Shown piece after piece: positions 63,056-64,000 of a stretch of DNA of 64,000 bases (its first letter is position 1; each line of letters starts with the position of its first letter). Source of the DNA: Escherichia phage vB_EcoM-RPN187; sequence record OL770074.2. One strand, given 5' to 3'. The notes below the pieces were generated by a model that saw only the letters and a program-made list of their open reading frames with translations, was not told where the DNA came from and did not search any database. Both the position numbers and the translations under genes were made by a program.

Positions 63056-63991
63056 TTATTCTGCAAATAATTCAGTAACGTCTGAAATTACTTCATAACG
63101 ACAAGTACGCATCTTAGCATCACCATAGTCAACTGGGATAGATACAACATCACGCGGATGAACTTTAACCTTAACAACTTTATCTGAGCTAGAACCAAAG
63201 TAACGAATATATGATTTAGCACAAACATGTAGACCACGGGAACAAGTTTGTGTATCATCGTCGTTAACACGAGTACGAGGCATTGAAACAACTTTACCAG
63301 GCGAGTTATCGAATGTGCCGCTATAGCAATCTAAATAGTCTTTACGAACTACTTTCCACGCGTAGAAATGCCCATCTTCAGTGATTTCAATATCGTTTGC
63401 AACCAAGAAGTCAAATAAACGTTGTACAGCTTTTTCGCTTGGGTTTTCTAACAGGTTTTCAAGGAACGGCAGATAGAATTTAAAGTCTTCGCCTTTTTCC
63501 ATGGAATCAATAATACGGTTAACCAGTCCTGAACGAATTTCTATACCTTGATAAAATAAACTACCACCTTCAATAGTAACATTACCGTCAACAAACTTAG
63601 TAATAGCTTTCTTGATGTTAATAAGTTCGACAGCTTTACTAAGGTTTCCTGCGACCAAATTGGCTTTAATTTCTTCAAAATTTGCATGACTTGATGGGGT
63701 CGCATTGTATGCTACGCGTCCTTCAATGATTGAAATAAATTTAGATGACGCGTTCCATACGATTTCTGGACGATGACCTGTAATAATAGGTTCATTATTT
63801 TCTGGGATCTGTTCTTCGTCTTCAAATTCAGCTGCTTTCTCTTCAGCTTTAAAATTCTTGACAATCTTACGAAGAGTATCTGTTGAAATGTCGAAGTAAT
63901 CGGCAATTTCTTTACGGGTCCATTTGCCTGATTTGACCAGGTCGTAAGCTTCTAACTGTTCTTCTTGGGACAAGCATTTGATATTGTACAT
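63056..63991 (-). CDS. rIIB: rIIB membrane-associated rapid-lysis protein
   Basis: 311-aa ORF; C-terminal two-thirds near-identical to recalled T4 rIIB (GGSLFYQ.IE.RSGLV.RI.DSMEKGE.F...). Confidence 0.95.
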   Translation of the reverse strand: MYNIKCLSQEEQLEAYDLVKSGKWTRKEIADYFDISTDTLRKIVKNFKAEEKAAEFEDEEQIPENNEPIITGHRPEIVWNASSKFISIIEGRVAYNATPSSHANFEEIKANLVAGNLSKAVELINIKKAITKFVDGNVTIEGGSLFYQGIEIRSGLVNRIIDSMEKGEDFKFYLPFLENLLENPSEKAVQRLFDFLVANDIEITEDGHFYAWKVVRKDYLDCYSGTFDNSPGKVVSMPRTRVNDDDTQTCSRGLHVCAKSYIRYFGSSSDKVVKVKVHPRDVVSIPVDYGDAKMRTCRYEVISDVTELFAE

Positions 63992-64000
63992 AATGTTTCC

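Overview
This 64-kb window reads as one contiguous segment of a T4-like (Tevenvirinae, Tequatrovirus-type) myophage genome, running in T4 gene order from tail-tube gene 19 to rIIB. All calls rest on recalled T4 protein sequences, catalytic motifs and synteny; no database search was possible. Plus-strand late blocks: head module 19-20-67-68-21-22-23-24, uvsW, baseplate 51-27-28-29-48-54, long tail fiber 34-35-36-37-38 and holin t. Minus-strand early/middle blocks: rnlB, hoc, inh, uvsY-25-26, alt, DNA ligase 30 with 30.x ORFs, rIII, 31, cd, pseT, alc, rnlA, denA, nrdB, nrdA, td, frd, 32, 59, 33, dsbA, rnh, asiA, motA, 52, ndd, denB and rIIB. I count about 94 protein-coding ORFs, and no tRNA, rRNA, CRISPR array or transposon. 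Transcription signals are dense and recognisable: TATAAATA late promoters, GTTTAC(17-18 nt)TAnnAT early promoters on the minus strand, MotA-box middle promoters and a family of C(UUCG)G tetraloop hairpins. The features that depart from the T4 reference are the best candidates for something new: an intact class I DAHP synthase between cd and pseT, a HAD hydrolase plus possible NADAR-like gene downstream of ligase, an unannotated small basic ORF beside a 270-nt gene-free gap, an acidic Arn-like ORF in the asiA-motA hyperplastic region, a lipoprotein/membrane pair before alc, and the absence of every T4 homing endonuclease and intron at these loci. No single unambiguous novel multi-gene system is demonstrable from sequence alone.
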